DNA of 64,000 nucleotides from assembly GCA_965248265.1 (NCBI GenBank), contig CBDFJF010000002.1, forward strand, positions 3,616,001 through 3,680,000. Reading direction: 5' to 3'. This document shows, piece by piece, positions 62,301-64,000 of this stretch. A program made the translations under genes and the position numbers. This DNA comes from Candidatus Latescibacterota bacterium. GTDB lineage: Bacteria > Latescibacterota > UBA2968 > UBA8231. The notes below the pieces were generated by a model. It was not told where the DNA came from, searched no databases, and was given only the letters and a program-made list of their open reading frames with translations. Numbering within the stretch: the first letter of the stretch is position 1; each line of letters starts with the position of its first letter.

Positions 62301-62766
62301 CAGATACGGAGACCGTATCCAGAAAACTCTCGCCGCCATTCACGCTCTTGGCGTACACGACGCCATAAACCGGTGTAGCGAAAGCGCCATTGTCGGTGTT
62401 GATGGTTCCGCGCTGCTGGACCCAGGCCCGGTGAATGAAACCGAACTGGTCAATGCTAATGGCCTGGGACATGTAGGCAGCGTTCCCGGCCTGCGCGGCG
62501 GGAAAGAACGGAACACTCTTTTCGAGCTTCTGGAAATTCCCGATGACGGGAAAATCCGCATTGGCCGCCTCGTTCAAGTCGACTCGCACCGTCACGTCCT
62601 TGTCCGTTACGAACGTGCTGGTGGTCGAACTGTCAGCGGCATTGAATCCAACAGGCGTCTGGTTCTCAAACACCGGCTGGGCATCGGCATCACCGCCGAA
62701 CCCGAAGCCAGCTATCAGAACCGCGACAGCCGTTCGGAAAATTTCACGCCTAAGACTCATAATCAA
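56359..62766 (-). CDS. Giant secreted surface protein: BNR/Asp-box region, four Ig-like repeats, cohesin-like, dockerin, cohesin-like, FlgD-Ig/T9SS-like C-terminal domain
   Basis: Signal peptide (ADA-Q), Asp-boxes SVNGGESF and SNDGGSSW, dockerin pair GDATGDNQVDIAD / DINNDGVINSLD, QNYPNPFNPST..WDG..ASGVYFY..RKMMLVK; GGAAGGAG RBS. Confidence 0.88.
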   Translation of the reverse strand: MIMSLRREIFRTAVAVLIAGFGFGGDADAQPVFENQTPVGFNAADSSTTSTFVTDKDVTVRVDLNEAANADFPVIGNFQKLEKSVPFFPAAQAGNAAYMSQAISIDQFGFIHRAWVQQRGTINTDNGAFATPVYGVVYAKSVNGGESFLDTVSVSGTLRFDLITSSMTMDSGFSTVDIVVDGRGNPRVVYAMDHSPDGVTGGITENQTTTGTGNDRKGYDNIYFNYSNDGGSSWLPANDAVVVNDTATVQGRSNAFPRMAITLTDDCFIVYERQLNNATANFEDVIVAKMDADSLTGGSAQAVQIGSTGNTASRGGVRVDLDGSSGRAPDIAVGDDDVLHVSWYDENGAGVESIVHKTVPASVWDDVSAAGWNQGVGGDVVGSLDDEPANLGLGPTAAIIAANTAGGGLSSDRTFAAQAVGNSAVHIFSTVVVDRQRSPDRIYVLWKHTDAAAGTDGNDENINYDFYSYDGGIGPGSFDGTPTQAFPTNVAAAATYTTGNPAPLFQNMRGYQIENHWAFSDRIGAVVDDRRADQGDLHIVFSGAGSNDAVSRDVTGGTGQAVKILYSRFNGQEWELPQVVASAANNGAIHDDGVLEKHPELFEPDIAMISGDSNVYLTFVGGSPIAAGLATGPLAVAQGQDQAGRGSAALSNSNIAPLPYFKILGRVITDEDKSTPVGGFAYNLVYNPVNPQATSSRNLVHITVGDNANGAGIGATTPSTSSAPGGFLTGQWRSIQFSSMGVASLDPANFPLTFVAKGIANDVEATNDNGVWQGQNDEDGSVGLGEWGDDTDKVGLLVKLNVLASDSADNLFVISQSSAARPSGTGQQSVSQSISLRPGAVAAGSHAGTYVKGVRVDAARPGVADVGVNAAQGDEREAPVGSYFQMGANIAIVAANVAPVVRVVAPSASTSGFANESFTIRYVIFDDDDDVGATTGPTGADSLQMELYAYPDNGLTSVLDIRTFGNLIVDENDAFTAGFTSGSLAADGSGDLTESTSNTNIQDYSWDNPGLTLQTAYGFQSITKILDGTFFIYAVADDGANPPVFDVSEGPLTIRHIPLVKQITPTGTDTVDTGEFDDLSKTNPFKVLFTIVDFNDNAQVRLFVSTSSALVDSNASISAGIFPNATLELAGATPVQLSDSLRTDDDFEFDFDVTAQGAAGDSVIAQGNYFIYAVVTDGDSTIVGKSTQTLAIRHSPAFEFTAPLAGETRKINTTQGQTQYTFQWQRGRSDVDIDDNATISLYYTGLDPAVKDFSGTDSTDLVATTGTDSGAAVLIISGLSEDDEGGGDQFVWDLANPPGVLPKVFRQNPAPVAALPGNSANPFAYQVGATTDTAWVYAVVNDGSSGNVRVSLGGAVLLVGTQESPASSAPKVTMKTPPSGGQTLINGDVIRLEYDAFLIDDGTGTDDAYLRLYAAPANKYSTLTQLEGNMNGLGTGNADVLLINSITGADTTNAHVQTIRESDPKFFNWDTKTTSFPALAGGSTFDIFIAGSSNPRFGENIYISEVIDSVATGIGSQAQRAVLSKAPGTLSVVGTDPLYSIEMGPAALTASSGDTLDFDILINSQGSSTDLFALHLDVPRRYFEVIDQDTVTAGVQPFVDSVGAFQAPSTIAQNDTSTGDAQFLKLNFVEFSVTGEVIGRVTTPFDSSQVSATLRLLVKQFDGGAPLDTLLQWSTESGRTTALYRGINQLAAPTRDANVILTPRARLLVTVPLEGRSDYADTMDVHLREVGSTKDVTDQAYIASNDSTPVDLGGGVLEDSVNVPTSSFGTFQLIQIPPGIYELTVKAPGYVTGRTDTLNLFNGLTQAIEPTFGSDALGDLSPATPLGFLLGGDATGDNQVDIADANQIFAVWNLTPADAGFVRDADINNDGVINSLDIGFVSTNFNKFGAPPVFKPVVGGDNAGAIARVEGMEDVEAWWPGKVFELTATVEGMNDVTAYGMTMTYDPELVRPLEADQAVEQGDIFDENSAGSLFFQRVQPGVIEVTGSRIGRGWSARGDADLVTVHFVTLGDEPGVIDIASGNLVNSNYQGVQMQVDSAPALPTIAALHQNYPNPFNPSTEIKFDIPTARDVKLRIYNQLGQTVRTLVDNRMKAGTYNLKWDGADTQGRAVASGVYFYNLEAGEFSQIRKMMLVK

Positions 62767-62853
62767 ACACTCCTTCCATGGACACAGCTATTTTGCTGAA
62801 AGCGAACTAGCGCGATTGGCCGCAACCCATTTCCCTATGGACCGCCTACCAAC

Positions 62854-63430
62854 CTCAAACAGACCTGAGGTCCGCCCCCACGGGCCTTCAGTCTGACGGT
62901 TGAGCTTAAGTGTTCAGTGAATCTGATGGTTGTTCTCTCCTTAACGTTCCTCGTGCGTTTCATGCGTTGCTAGTGCTGGTACATCTGTTCATGCTTCCAC
63001 TTCTTTGGATCTTACTGCCTACAGCTTTGCTCGATCGAAACTGTTGGGGAACAGTACGCGGAACTACGGACACCCCTACATAGAAAGTCCCCGGGTTCCT
63101 TACCCCGTTTATCGGCATCTGCAGTACGAACTTCAGGATATTTTTCATCAGGGTAGTAGTCGACGAACCCGGAGGCACTCCCTACGTTGCGCGTTGCCCG
63201 GTGAATTCGGCCGCGTACATTATTATATAGACGCTTACCAGCATCCCCCCTTCCCCTAAAAGGACCAGGAGTGAGTGGCACATCCACAGGCGCCAGAAGC
63301 ATAGTGCTCAAAAGTTCACCAATACTTGTCTTGCTCAGGCCAGATCCTTGCCTGTTCGAGTTTGCCCCCATATATTCGAAAGCCAGGGAGCCGGCCCATC
63401 GGTGAGGACGGGCGGCTCCGCTTCGCTTTC
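62854..63430 (-). other. Structured non-coding region, probable long 5' leader with several hairpins
   Basis: Inverted repeats at 63378-63430, 63091-63172, 63021-63044 and 62854-62904; no convincing ORF. Confidence 0.45.
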
Positions 63431-63548
63431 AGACAAAGCTGTGCCCCTTATGGTTAGGATCGGCCTCCGTCAGCACTTGCAGATGTGGGGGAGCTCGCGC
63501 TGAAGCGAGGGCACGGTATGGGACATAAACTTTGGTCAGTCCCAGTTA

Positions 63549-63564
63549 AGCAAGTGCCATGCCA
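63549..63564 (-). promoter_or_regulatory. sigma54 (-24/-12) promoter for the 2135-aa gene
   Basis: Minus strand TGGCAT-GGCAC-TTGCT matches TGGCA[CT]-N5-TTGCW. Confidence 0.65.
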
Positions 63565-63715
63565 TCACCTAATCAGGTTCGTCTGACGATTGTATCATGC
63601 ACTTGCACAAACAGTAACGTCCTCTATTTAAGCGGACTAGTCAGGGTCTGCTGAGGAAGTTTTTACCTAGACGAACGGTTCATCGCGACGTGGCTTGAAT
63701 GTAGGAGAAGACCTT

Positions 63716-63970
63716 TTGCCGAAGCCCAGATCATCAAAGAAGCGATTGAAACAATCCCTTGTACGGCGCGACCGCAATCGTGCCGTTATGTCGACGATGC
63801 GGACTGCTGTCAAAGCCGTGCGGCAGGCAGCTGACAAGGAAAGTGCGACTGCCGCCCTGGCCACGGCGATCGGAACAATCGATCACACGGCTCAAAAGGG
63901 TGTGATCCACCCCAACAAAGCCGCTCGCTACAAATCCCGTCTTACCAGGCAGGTACAGGCTCTTAACTGA
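63716..63970 (+). CDS. rpsT: 30S ribosomal protein S20
   Basis: SSKKRLKQSLVRRDRNRAVMSTMRTAVK..KGVIHPNKAARYKSRL; AGGAG RBS and TTG start. Confidence 0.96.
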   Translation: MPKPRSSKKRLKQSLVRRDRNRAVMSTMRTAVKAVRQAADKESATAALATAIGTIDHTAQKGVIHPNKAARYKSRLTRQVQALN

Positions 63971-64000
63971 ATCTGGCCTCACACTGAAGCAACTACGATC

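Noticed and set aside
63091-63172. CTGATGA inside a stem-loop, suggesting a hammerhead ribozyme
   Set aside because: No stem II followed by GAAA and no correct three-way junction; the CUG is used up in a stem.
63330-63370. GGCAAAC, suggesting a c-di-GMP-I riboswitch
   Set aside because: The GNRA tetraloop stem and the downstream GCAAAGC element are missing.
62960-63371. Short ORFs in the upstream intergenic region
   Set aside because: No motifs or clear RBS, and they overlap the predicted RNA hairpins; a leader peptide cannot be fully excluded.
1-64000. CRISPR arrays, IS elements, prophage genes, rRNA
   Set aside because: No regularly spaced repeats, transposase, integrase, phage structural motifs or rRNA-like sequence seen.

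Overview
GC-rich bacterial window, almost entirely coded on the minus strand. The FlgD-Ig/T9SS-like C-terminal domains and cohesin/dockerin modules suggest an FCB-group organism such as Ca. Latescibacterota (inference only). Left end: tRNA-Tyr(GTA), a small FlgM-like ORF, and a lepA-hemW-thrB-wza-wzz unit with a good sigma70 promoter. Centre (about 7.5-48.8 kb): one apparently continuous, translationally coupled glycosylation operon of about 41 kb. It holds NINE TMTC-like (GT-C membrane domain + TPR) putative protein O-glycosyltransferase paralogues, two other GT-C enzymes, two DPM1-like GT2s, four GT4s, three methyltransferases, three AsnB-family proteins (one lacking the catalytic Cys), a DppA/M55 peptidase, a CapA-family protein, a polysaccharide deacetylase, an oxidoreductase and a leading HNH nuclease gene. 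Right (49-62.8 kb): two giant secreted proteins, one with cadherin-like repeats and one with BNR/Ig/cohesin/dockerin modules. Each has a sigma54 promoter and is rich in D-[ST]-[AILVMT] motifs, the Bacteroidota O-glycosylation sequon. A lipoprotein/outer-membrane cassette follows them, a ~770-nt structured leader precedes the larger one, and rpsT ends the window. Best candidate for an undescribed system: a bacterial multi-TMTC protein O-glycosylation island sitting next to its probable cadherin-like surface substrates. Five single-base frameshifts look like sequencing errors. All family calls come from motif recognition by eye; no searches were run.
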